Shown here in pieces: positions 52,270 to 64,000 of a DNA stretch of 64,000 nt. The notes beneath the pieces were generated by a model. It searched no databases. It saw nothing but the letters and a program-made list of their open reading frames with translations, and was not told the origin of the DNA. A program made the translations under genes and the position numbers. This stretch comes from Octopus vulgaris (Eukaryota): contig OX597823.1 of NCBI GenBank assembly GCA_951406725.2, positions 59,644,001-59,708,000 on the forward strand, read 5' to 3'. Position 1 is the stretch's first letter, and each line of letters begins with the position of its first letter.

Positions 52270-53975
52270 GAATTTATAAACAGTAAAAACAAACGATGAA
52301 GGCTGTTAAGAAAAGACTATGGAAAGATTATTATGTACGTTTAAGGAGACGTGCTTGTGAAAAAACAGTATAAGCCCCTTTAGTCTTTGCAGAGGTAATT
52401 AGTCAGAAGGATGGATTCCCTCTCGTCACGTGTCAGCGACGAGAGAGTCGAGGAGGAAGAGTAAGACAGAGGGACCGGTGAAGGGGAGAAGAGAAAAATA
52501 GGGAAGGGTGAGAGAGAAAACCGGAAAGGATGAAGAACAAGAGAGGGAGAAAGATAGACAGAGAAGAGATAGTAAAGATAGGAGAGTGCGCATCGTAATT
52601 ATTAAGATAAAACTTACTTGGAAATGGATGCGTGGTGTTCGATCATATAATAATATAAATAATGTATAAATATATGCATATATACATACCTACATATATA
52701 TATCACGTGATCACGTGACCAACCAGACCGTCAGATGTTGTTACACATCGCTGGTCACAATGCGTTCGCATTGTTTTTAGCCTTCGAATGACGCCACCCC
52801 GCTGGCTAAGCGAGCAGGCCAACAGACGAAAGAGTGAGAGAATGAGTGGTGAAAGAGTACAGCAGGGATCACCACCCCCTGCCGGAGCGTCGTGGAGCTT
52901 TTAGGTGTTTTCGCTCAATAAACACACACAACGCCCGGTCTGGGAATCGAAACCGCGATCCTACGACCGCGAGTCCGCTGCCCTAACCACTGGGCCATTG
53001 CGCCTCCATATATGTATACATACATGCATATATGCGTACAATACATTAAAAAAAAACGTTGAACACAATGAGAAACGAAAACATAAAAACAAAAACATAG
53101 AAACGAACTTTTTTTCGGACAACGAATAATATATTATTTATATTATTATATGATCGAACACCACGCATCCTTTTCCAAGTAAGTTTTATCTTAATAATTA
53201 CAATGCGCATTCTTCTTCTTTACTATCTCTTCTCTGTCTGTCTCTCTCCCTCTCTTGTTCTTCATCCTTTCTGGTTTTCTCTCCCACCCTTCTCTATTCT
53301 TCTCCTCTTCCCTTCACCGTTCCCTCTCTCACTCCGCCTCCTTGACTCTCTCGTCGCTGACACGTGACGAGAGGGAATCCATGTTTCTGACTACTACCTC
53401 CGCAAAGACTAAAGGGGCTTATACTGTCTCTTTATAAGCTCGTCCACTTAAACGTTCAGAATAATTTTTCCATTGTTTTGACTTAACAGCCCTCATCGTT
53501 TGTTTCTATTGTTTTCTTCTCATTGTTCTGTCTTTTACTGTTTTTACTTTTTTATTGTTTTTACTGTTTTGTTCTCACTGTCCTGTTCTTGTTACCACTT
53601 ACACCCTCCGCAAAATATCCCAAATTTTGTTTAATTTGCTTTGCGAGAAGGACTGTTTCAACGAAGTCGTGTCTTGTCCTTATCTTCGAAACTTGGAGTA
53701 ATTGAAACAGGGACAACTGAAGAAAGAGAATATTCTTTATGTTGTATGTCATGTTTGTTTGTTTTTTTGTCCGAAAAACGTTCGTTTCTATGTTTTCGTT
53801 TTTATGTTTTCGTTTCTCATTGTGTTCAACGTTTTTTCTATGTCCTGTACCCATATATGCATGTATGCATACATATATATGTAGGTATGTACATATCTGT
53901 ATGTATATATATGCATATATTTATATATTATTATGTGATCGAACACCACGCATCCTTTTCCAAGTAAGTTTTATC
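52270..53975. mobile_element. Family E Penelope-like structure: inverted permuted copy plus direct unit with ~45-bp terminal repeat
   Basis: 52270-52645 is the inverse of 53145-53520; 53010-53125 is the inverse of 53760-53880; GATCGAACACCACGCATCCTTTTCCAAGTAAGTTTTATCT occurs at ~53153 and ~53937. Confidence 0.7.
52702..53009 (-). mobile_element. SINE family C (tail variant 2), CpG-rich and young
   Basis: Intact tRNA-like head GGAGGCGCAATGGCCCAGTGGTTAGGGCAGCGGACTCGCGGTCGTAGGATCGCGGTTTCGATTCCC. Confidence 0.9.
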
Positions 53976-55009
53976 TATATACAAAATACATTTATATAGA
54001 CAAATATATGCATATGTATATAGGTATGTGCATATGTATGTATATATATATATATATATACAAATATATATACAAATATATAAAATACATAATTTGAAAT
54101 TAATAGCCATGCTTGCACAAGCAAAATTCACCAACATTTTAATGCAAAATCCTGTTCTTTCAAAGCAAAAAGTACAAGTAACCATGGTTGCCTGGAAATG
54201 CAAAGCCAAAGCTATTTTGCCCTTAAGGTACAAAATCTAACATCCAGTCAGAATGAACACCAATGGTAAAAGTAAACTATTTGGGCTTGGGCAGATCAAA
54301 ATGTAGTACTGGGGCAAAGATGTTTAGAGCAGATGATATAAACAAAATGTGAAAACATCCAGTATTATTATATACCTTGATTGGCTTGGACAGTCTCATG
54401 TAAAGTTCTCATACAAAAACAGATATATATGTTTCCACTTGATGTGGTGTATGCATGTATGTATGAGATTAGAGGAGGGGAACAAACAAAAGAAAGAGAG
54501 TGAGGGAAGTAGATGCATAGGTAGGGAAATGAGGTAAAGTGAAGAAAAGAAAGAAGAAGTGAAAGGGGAATGTATTTGTGCGTTGAATAGAAATAGGAAA
54601 GAAGTGTTGGAAAACCTGGACTCCTTGTTGCTATGTGGAACTCAACTAGTTCATTTAAATGTATTTTTACTCATGAGAGCAATGTGTTATTTTTTCTTTT
54701 CCTTTTATTTTTTGTTTGTAGTTCAAAGAAATCTCTGTGGGTGAGATTTTTCAATCAGGATCCTATGCTTTTCTGCCAAACAAATCCTGCACCTCATGGT
54801 GCTTTTAAATGCAGTCTGCATTTCTCAACATCCAGTTGGTCTCATAGGATGCAACCTTTTAATTCAACAATCAACAACCAAATATGTCTGGTTCATGTCA
54901 TGATGTTTCACTTTTCTGAAATCTCAAAGAATCTACGTGATCATTCTGTAAGCTATTTGGTAATCATCAGATATAAAACCACATGAAGCAGAAATTCTTG
55001 TGCCTAGAA

Positions 55010-55865
55010 AAAAAAAATCACAGTTTTCTAGTGATGGCATATGTCTGGTATGATGTCTTAGGCAGAATATATATTTTCAGCAAAATTTTTACGTCATTTC
55101 TGAAGAAAAGTTTGTCAAAGATTTTTTAATGAACAGTGTCATTAATTACTTAATTGGTAATTAGAAAAATAGATATAACGAGCACTATTAACAGCTAAAG
55201 GTATTAATTGAGAATTAGATTTAGAGCCCATTTTTAAGATCGAAAATATATGCTGAAACATATGCAGCTGAATAGCAAAACATTGAGAAGATTCCGAATA
55301 CAGATGACCCAGAAATAAGATTAAAAATCATTTAGTCAATGTAATACTTCATGTAGCTATTAATTCTTTATCAGTGAGTTTTGAACAACTACAAAGTTTC
55401 AATAATATATAGGAAGTTTTAAATAACATAAAAGATTTGCTCGATAAAAATAAACTGCGATTAGCATGTCAAGGCTTGGAGAATAAGTTAAAGTACCAAG
55501 AAATAGTGATATTAACGGATGTGATCTCTCGACTGAACTCAATATTGTAAAAGAATTATTTCCTGAAGATGTAAAGCTTCCGATGGAAGCCGTTAGATTC
55601 ATCAGCAGTAATAAGTTACAGGATGTCATGCCAAATCTGTGGGTTGCATTAAGAAAAATGATTATGATATCTATATCTGTGGCCATGAGAGAGAGAAGCT
55701 TTAGTAAACTAAAGTTTATGAAGATATATTTACGGTCGTACCTGACACAAGACAGATTAAATTCTTTAGCAATTTTGTCAATAGAAAATGATATTGTAAC
55801 AAATAGAGATATATAAAGTGTTATGAAAACATTTCCAGATCTAAAGATGAGAAAAGTGTTTTACC
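55010..55865 (+). mobile_element. Decayed hAT transposase C-terminus (dimerisation domain)
   Basis: PNLWVALRKMIMISISVAMRERSFSKLKFMKIYLRSYLTQDRLNSLAILSIEND. Confidence 0.9.
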
Positions 55866-56536
55866 AAGGATAATTTATGCTTTCAGCAGCTGTTCTGTGG
55901 TCATATTCTTTAATTTATAAGGAGAAAATTCATTACATGTATAAGAGATCAAAGACACCTTTGAACATTCTTTCGTTTACTCATCTTCTATTTAGTGTAT
56001 GCTAGTAAAAAAATGTATCAAGATCTTTGCCAGCAATGTGCATATAGTCTCTCTCTCTCTCTCTTTCTCTCTCTCTCCCTCTCTCTCCCTCTCTCTCCCT
56101 CTCCCCCTCTCTCTTCTTCCCTTGTCATATATTAATTAAGGGATTCAAACTTTTGGCAGAGCTTTTGACTTTGTATATTAAAATAAACATTCTATTTGTA
56201 CATTTGCCATTTCACCTCCCAGTGAAAATGTCTAAATATCACACATGCTAGAACACCAAAATTAAGCTGTTCCGGGATGTCAGAAACCCCATGGCTTCTT
56301 GGTCATTTCTGTCTCCTCCCTGCTAGAAATAACGGCGAAGACTTTCAAACCATGCCATACAGACACAAAAACGTAAAATAATGGACAGTCTAGACAAAGA
56401 TATACAAAACGACCGGATTATGATAGAATGAATACCTTTTCATTTGAGGTAGTTGGATTAAGACAGACCTACAGCTAAACAATTGTAACAATGAACAGTG
56501 ATCACAATGATTTTAGGGAGACTGCTGTATCTAACT

Positions 56537-56881
56537 CGAGGGTTCTCAACCATTTTTTATCTATGGACCCTTTTGATTATTATTTTAATCTGGTGGACCC
56601 CATAGCTATTCGATATTTACAAACTAGTTTTATAGAAGCTCCTTTCAAAATTCCTATTTTGTTTTCACATATCAACTTGTGTAGGTTGAACTACGTAAAA
56701 TGTTAGAGAAAGAAACCTAGCTGTTTCTTGCAATACATACCGATACATATATCTAAAACCAAATTTTTTCAGGGACCTTTAAAATACTATTGTGATTTCT
56801 CAATTTACTAATTTGCTGCATGAACCCCAACACCCTATATGGATCTTCAGGGCCAATATGAACCCTGGATGAGAACCATTG
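56537..56881. mobile_element. hAT-type MITE with 8-bp TSD
   Basis: TIRs CGAGGGTTCTCAACC / GGATGAGAACCATTG; TSD ATCTAACT at 56529-56536 and 56882-56889. Confidence 0.85.
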
Positions 56882-57265
56882 ATCTAACTGATCTTTAACT
56901 CATTTTTTAATCAGCAGTTCCTTTGTGGCCACTAATTTCGACCTATCACTCTATGACAGAGAGAAAGCTGATAGAACTATTGGTTAGGTAAAGGATAGAT
57001 AAAAGACATTTTGTGACAAGATGCCGCAAAATGGGACTGAACATGGAATTTCATGATTTTGAAGCAAAATTCTTAATTGCTCAGTCAGACCTACAACTAT
57101 CATCACCCACATGAAAGCAGTTGTGCTGAATATCCTATACAAATAATACTCATATAATGCTGATTAACATGCAATTATGCAGCAAATTTTCCCATCATAT
57201 TTTTTACATTCCTACTACCATATTTTACCCTTCCACTATTTTTTGCCAACAAACTGTATTATTGC

Positions 57266-57336
<71 letters not shown>

Positions 57337-58934
57337 GACGGGCTAAGTAACGGAAGAAAAAACAGTTAAAAAAAACAAGAAAAACCATATTTCACTCACC
57401 ACCACCTCTTGCTCCCCTTCCCCTCTCTGTCTTCTCTCCTTTCCATTCTTCTCCTCCCTCCTTCCCCCTTCAATTAATCACACAGAAGCATTACGGATGG
57501 GCTAAGTAATGGAGCGACAAGCAGAATTATTGTAAGATCATCATCACTATCATCATTATCATCATCATTGTCATCATCATTATTATACCTTATACAGACA
57601 TTGTTACAGCAAGTTTCAAAATCTGGCTTTCATAATTACAATAAGCTCATTAAGTATCCATACCTCTGCTCTCCTGATAGAAGCTACAACTTGAAACTTG
57701 CAGTAGTAATGCTCTGAGAAGTTATAATATAATATTACAATTATATATATCATCTCATTATTACACATATTGTGTGCTTCGTTTTTCTTTCTTTACTGCC
57801 ATAATATTTTTATTACTACTCTGCTTCATCTGATTAAAAACTTAAGCTCAGGCTGTCAAAGACCAATATTCTGGTCTCTTACTGTGAATGAAACTAATAA
57901 TGATGCTGTTTTCATTTTGACTTCAGTACTGATATTCTGATTCTTAAATTTGAACACACACATACATACTCATACATATACATATACATTTAGGCATATG
58001 TATGTGTTCATATATGCATGCATGTGTTAATACATATGGATTGACATATACATCTATGTAGGACACACAATTCGTCAGTAAACATATGCACAATCTATAC
58101 ATATATAATATATATATACATATATACATATATAATATATATATACATATATACATATATACATATATAATATATATATACATATATACATATATATATA
58201 TATGTTTGTGTGTGTGTTTATATATATATATGTATGTGTATATACATATGATAATATGTATGTATGTATACTTAAAGGGAGAGAGGTGGTGAGAGAGAGA
58301 GAAAGAGAGAGAGCAAAATGAAAGAGTTATGTGTTCGTGCATGAGATTTTCTTTGAGAGATCATCCAGAAAATTTCAATATGCATGAAATCATATATTTT
58401 CCGACTATTTTCCCTTCATGTTCTAAAGACTTGAATATATTGTCACCACAGGAAGTTGTATCAAATTTATTTCATGTATTTATATTCTCAATTGAGATCA
58501 TATAATATCATTAAATATTAAAGAATATATTTATTTGTTTTTTTTTAGTTATTATATCTATTAACTATTAACTGAGGTTGTTATACACCAGAAAATACAG
58601 TGGTTATAAAAAATAATGCATGCTTTGATTTACTTAATGTAGTTTGAATTTATTATAAACTGCCATAAACCAGAAGGTGAGAATATCTTTCTTCTGTCTG
58701 TTTAGAGAAAGAAGGACATTATCTACAACACCTTTCTTAGGGACCTCCAAAACTCAAAGAATGAATGAAGTGATTTATCTTGAAACTGTTTACCTGTTTC
58801 AAATGCTTTTGGCATAGCGAGCATCTGTAAAGGCGTCCAAGGACCAGATGATGGTTTTAAACCAATCAAGGGATTATTGTTACTGCTCCAAATCTCAGAA
58901 TGCAAAGACCCAAAGCAAATACTGCAAAATATCT

Positions 58935-59300
58935 TTCTACTAAAGGCACAAGGCCTGAAATTTGTGGGGAAAGGACTAGTCAATTACATCAACCTCAGTG
59001 TTTTGCTGGTACTTAATTTATCGACCCTGAAAGGATGAAAGGCAAAGTCAACTTTGGTAGAATTTTTACTCAGAACATAGCAACGGGCAGATTACCATTA
59101 AGCATTTTGCCCTGCATACTAACAATTCTACCGGTTCACTGCCAAAACATTAACCGACAACCCTCTGTTGGTACTTTATTTTATCAACAAGGGTGAAAAT
59201 GAAGTTGACTTTGGCAGAATTTGAACTCAGTCAGCAGAGATCCAGAACAAATACTGCAAGGCACTCTGTCTACCGTCTAACAATTCTGCCAACTTGCTAA
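58935..59300 (-). mobile_element. Two SINE family B copies
   Basis: 58935-59143 and ~59170-59300 are reverse complement matches. Confidence 0.8.
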
Positions 59301-59639
59301 TCGTCAATGAGCGATTATTGATTCCTGGTTAATGCTAATCACTTTGCGTAATCTATGAATGCTCAGGGGAAGATCAAGAACATTTTGAATTCCCATATTT
59401 TTTTATCCCTTTTATAAATATAATACCACTGTGAATAGATGTAAAGAGGATATTCCCATAGTTGAAATTTTGGGAAGAAAGTTTTAGCATAGCTCCCAGA
59501 ACACAATAATGATAGCAGAATCAGATGTATGCGTGTATGTTTGTGTGCATACACGTGTGTGTGAGTGTATGTATGTGTAAGTTGTGAATAGATGTGAATG
59601 GGACAAGAGAACAGGATATGTAGGTGATTACAGACAGTG

Positions 59640-60060
59640 TGGAAAGAGGATTAGGGTGAAAAGCAACAGAATTGTAATAAGGATTCAGTAGATGAGGGAG
59701 GAGGATGAGAGGGGATGGGAGAAAGAGAGAGATGACATGTGTTTAGGTAAGTCCAAAACATGTGGAGAAGAGACAGGTGTGGTGAATGGGGAGAAAGTTT
59801 TATAGTGGTAGAAGCAAGATAATTTGGTATCTCAGGATAGTGATCAATGTAAAATGTTGATGGAGAAGACTGTGTCAAGAATGAATGATGGATATCAAGT
59901 GAAATGCTGCCAGATAGTGAAAAACATAAATAGCATTGGGGAAATGCTGGTAAGAGATGTAGTTTTGTTAGCATTTAATAGCATCTGCAGAATACTGCAG
60001 TTAGAAAGATAACAGGTGGTGAGGATGCCTCATGGAGGAAACTGGGCATGGTGGGCATGG
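59640..60060 (-). mobile_element. Possible decayed Penelope-type RT fragment
   Basis: Pyrimidine-rich minus strand with broken frames loosely like the PLE RT N-terminal half; no intact motif. Confidence 0.3.
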
Positions 60061-60494
60061 TTACAGAGATATAGATGGGAACCAATACAAAAACATATAT
60101 GTATGTGTATGTGTGAGCATGTGTGTGTTTGTGTTTACACGTGTTAGTATGTCTGTATATTAGAGCTAATCTTAATTAATGCTTGTTGAAACTTTAAAAA
60201 CTATATCATTTTCTGTAAGAGAATTGAAAAAAAATTCATATAATATAAAACAATTTGAAAACCACAAGAAACATACTTTGTTTTATGTATCTTTCACATA
60301 TTTTGTTTGTTTTCATTCATTGATATGGTTTTAGCTTTTTCATTCTGTCGTTCTTTTCAGTGTTTTATTTTATACTAATTTCTAATTCCTATAATTATTT
60401 TGCATTTCTACTTTATATTTCAGTAATTTTAAACCTCAACTTTCCAAAATAAATATATTAATTTATTTTTCTTCAAGCATAATAGACTAATAAT

Positions 60495-60790
<296 letters not shown>

Positions 60791-62720
60791 GCGCGATTTT
60801 AATGAATGTATTTCTGAATTAAAATTAATCAGAATCAGAAGAAAGCTTAGTTTAAAAAAATAGCAAAAAAAAAACTAACTTTTACAGAAAATATTTTGTT
60901 ATAAAATGGGAAAAAATATTAAAATAGCAAATCTAAATTTTCTCAGTTTTAAAAAAAGATAATAAAATTTTGCATTATTGCTAAATGAAAATATGGAAGT
61001 TCTTACTAAACTAAATTTTTCTCACCTATCCTCAATTTGCAAAGATAAAACTTTATATAAAAAGATGTGTGTAAAAAAATTAAAAAAAAAATTTAAGAGA
61101 TTTTAATAGATATTAACCATTTTGAATTGGGTTTTCAAGAACATTAGGAAAAAATCAAATAATAGTAATAATAACTTATTTTCAATGAAATTATCACAAA
61201 ACTGAAAAAAAGTATTAAATGAGCTAGATCATCATATTTAAGAAAATGAAAATAGAGTTTATAATAAAGATGATGATAATGACAGCAACAATGATGATGA
61301 TGATGATGATAATGATGACGATGAATGAAAATAGGAATTAATACATTTTCATAGATATTAACCAGTTTGGAATGTACTTTCAATAACATTGAAAAAATTA
61401 AGAACAGAATAGAATTATGAACAGAAAAAAAATTAATAGTTATACGAACTAGGCCATCATATTTATGAATCTACCACAAATGAAAATGGTGTCTTTGAAA
61501 AAAAAGAAGTAAAGGAGACAATGATAATGGTGATTATAGAAGTGGTGGTGATGATAAGAGATGTTGATGGTGAGAAATGATGACAGTGATGATGATGATG
61601 ATGATGATTATGATTAAGAGGAGGAGTAGGAGAGATGTTGATGATGAGAAATGATGAAGACAATGAATGATGATAATGTTCATGATGATTACAATGATGA
61701 TGGCAATGGCGTTAATGATGATAATGACATCACAGGCTAAAGACTTTATTTTCTGAAGGCAGAGTCTTCTTTTTGAGAATTGTTTCCTTGATTGCATGTA
61801 CAATTCTACAAGAATGATTTTCAAATTCATCTATATGAATCTTCTCAGATAAACACATAATGCAATCTTGGGAATGTTTTTCTACTTTGATTTCTACCTA
61901 ATCAAGGTCAACAAGCATCTACACATGTATGTGAAAGATATTCTTTAGGAATACTAGCACATGCCTGTACATGCAAGTCTCCTTTCTCTAGTCCATTGAT
62001 TTTTATCCAAGAAAAAGGTCACCAATTTGGGTCAAAATATACATTGCTGACAAAATGCAAACTGCTGGAACAGATACTGCAAAGTATCTCACCTGACCCT
62101 CAAACATTTTTGACATTCCAATGCCTTGGACCGGTCCTTTTTTATTGACCACAATATGATAAGAAGTAAAGCTGATCTTGGTAGGATTTGAACTCAGAGT
62201 GTAGGAAGTTCAGGAAAAATGCACCAGGAATTCTATTGAATGCACTGACATTTCTGCTAATTCATTACCTATTTCTGCTTTTCTGCTACACAATAATAAA
62301 TATGATGACAGACAAGGTGAGGCGTGAAAGCTCAAACTAATAATATAATGGTATAACAATGACAGCTGAGATTTCAATTTAAAATGACCTAAGAAGATTT
62401 GAATGAAAAGAGAGAAATTAAGATTTGTGAGAATGATGACTTTTGCAAAGCTGTTGAAAGTAAATAGTTATTATGCCTTTTGATACCACCAACATGTCTG
62501 TGACTGCCTCTTGTTCTATGATAAAAATTTCCTGTTTAAAAGGGGTCTAAATTAAAGCCTGCTATTGAAAATATTTTGTTAATTTATGCTCTAAACCCCC
62601 ATCTTAAAAATAGCAAAGTAGGTTTACTGATTATTTTCCTCCTTTTAAATGAAATTTGAAACCAAGACGATGTATTTCAACAGAAATAGGGAAACAAAAG
62701 AGTTAAAGCATTTTCTTTAA

Positions 62721-63188
62721 CTTCCTTCAGTCATTTGACTGCGACCATGCTGGAGCACGGCCTTCAGAGCAAATCGACCCCAGGACTTATTCTTTGTAAG
62801 CCTAGTACCTATTCTATCGGTCTCTCTTGCTGAACCACTAAGTGACGGGGACATAAACACACCAGCATCGGTTGTCAAGCGATGTTGGGTGGGACAAACG
62901 CAGACTCACAAACATATACATACATATATATATATGATGGGCATCTTTCAGTTTCCAACTACCAAATCCACTCACAAGACGTTGGTCAGCCCGAGGCTAT
63001 AGAAGAAGACACTTGCCCAAGGTGCCAAGCAGTGGGACTGAACCCAGAACCATCTTCCAAATCCACTCACAAGGTTTTGGTCGGCCCGAGGCTATAGTAG
63101 AAGACACTTGCTCAAGGTGCCACGCAGTGGGACTGAACCCGGAATCATGTGGTTCGTAAGCAAGCTACTTACCACACAGCCACTCCTG
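62721..63188 (-). mobile_element. SINE family A with ~95-bp internal duplication
   Basis: 62962-63052 is repeated at 63057-63147. Confidence 0.88.
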
Positions 63189-63469
63189 ATCGTTTCTTTT
63201 CTAGCTACTTGTATTTGAACAGGTAACTAAAACCTATGGCATAAAAAGTTGACAGACACACTCACATTGGATTATATAATTTCTCCATTTCTTTCGGAAA
63301 TACATTATTGTCTAATTGGACTGATACTTCAATTAGCAAGCACTTCTCTTTATGGAATATCTTTAATGGCAATATCCGGTTGCTTTTCCTTGATTTTCCT
63401 CTGGATGTGTGAGTGTGTGTGTGTGAAATGGCACAAGCCCTAAATATAGACATATTATTATTTTTAAAG

Positions 63470-63511
<42 letters not shown>

Positions 63512-63740
63512 ATGCCTGTAATAATTTTATAATACTGGTATTATTTCCAACATTTAAAAGCTCCAGATCCATTGTGCATATACATCTATACTCTCTAGGT
63601 TCAAACTGAGTAGTCAGAAGCAATGTGATTGCTTTTCTCATCATTAAACTCTGCATAATTGGCTATCACATTTTGTATTTTGCTTCATTACATGTTTTCA
63701 ATAGTTTCCTGTGTAAAGGCTTCGTTTTTATATCATACGC

Positions 63741-63959
63741 TTTTACTCTTTTTCTTGTTTCAGTCATTTGAGTGTGGCCATGCTGGAGCACCGCCTTTTA
63801 GTCAAACAAATCGACCACAGGATTTATTCTTTGTAAGCCTAGTACTTATTCTCTCGGTCTCTTTTGCCGAACTGCTAAGTTACAGGGACGTAAACACACC
63901 AGCATCGGTTGTCAAGCTATGTTGGAGGAGACAATCACAGACACACAAACATATACACT

Positions 63960-64000
<41 letters not shown>
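63741..64000 (-). mobile_element. SINE family A, 3' half, truncated by the window end
   Basis: Reverse complement match up to the internal microsatellite. Confidence 0.88.

Noticed and set aside
52930-53009. tRNA-like sequence
   Set aside because: It is the head of a SINE C copy and continues into SINE body and tail; not called as a tRNA gene
54028-54986. Short ORFs in apparently unique sequence
   Set aside because: No recognisable domain or convincing splice structure; a small exon cannot be excluded without RNA-seq
58723-58983. 86-aa minus-strand ORF with an AG|GTAAAC donor-like site
   Set aside because: The 5' part derives from SINE sequence; no recognisable protein similarity

Overview
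AT-rich, repeat-saturated animal genomic DNA. The SINE families and microsatellite load resemble an octopod (Octopus) genome; this is an inference. No host protein-coding exon could be supported, and nearly all ORF-track hits are translations of (TA)n, (TG)n or (TAA)n microsatellites. The window contains dozens of tRNA-derived SINE copies in at least four head families, with shuffled 3' tails. It also holds decayed LINE fragments (RTE-type RT; R4/Dong-type RLE endonuclease), DNA transposon relics (Tc1/mariner, hAT, TTAA-MITEs, Helitron) and a ~550-bp non-coding element that sits in (TAA)n arrays. The strongest signal is a set of short, (TA)n-embedded, often fold-back elements carrying type I hammerhead ribozyme motifs. 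These were folded by eye at 13.1, 13.6, 40.0, 42.8, 48.8, 49.7, 49.9 and 50.3 kb. They include versions with very long or branched stem II, a family with a CUGUnGA (A6U) core, and a perfect 60-bp-arm hairpin whose axis lies at a ribozyme core. They are best read as Penelope-like pseudo-LTR or retrozyme-like elements. Coordinates of decayed repeats are approximate.
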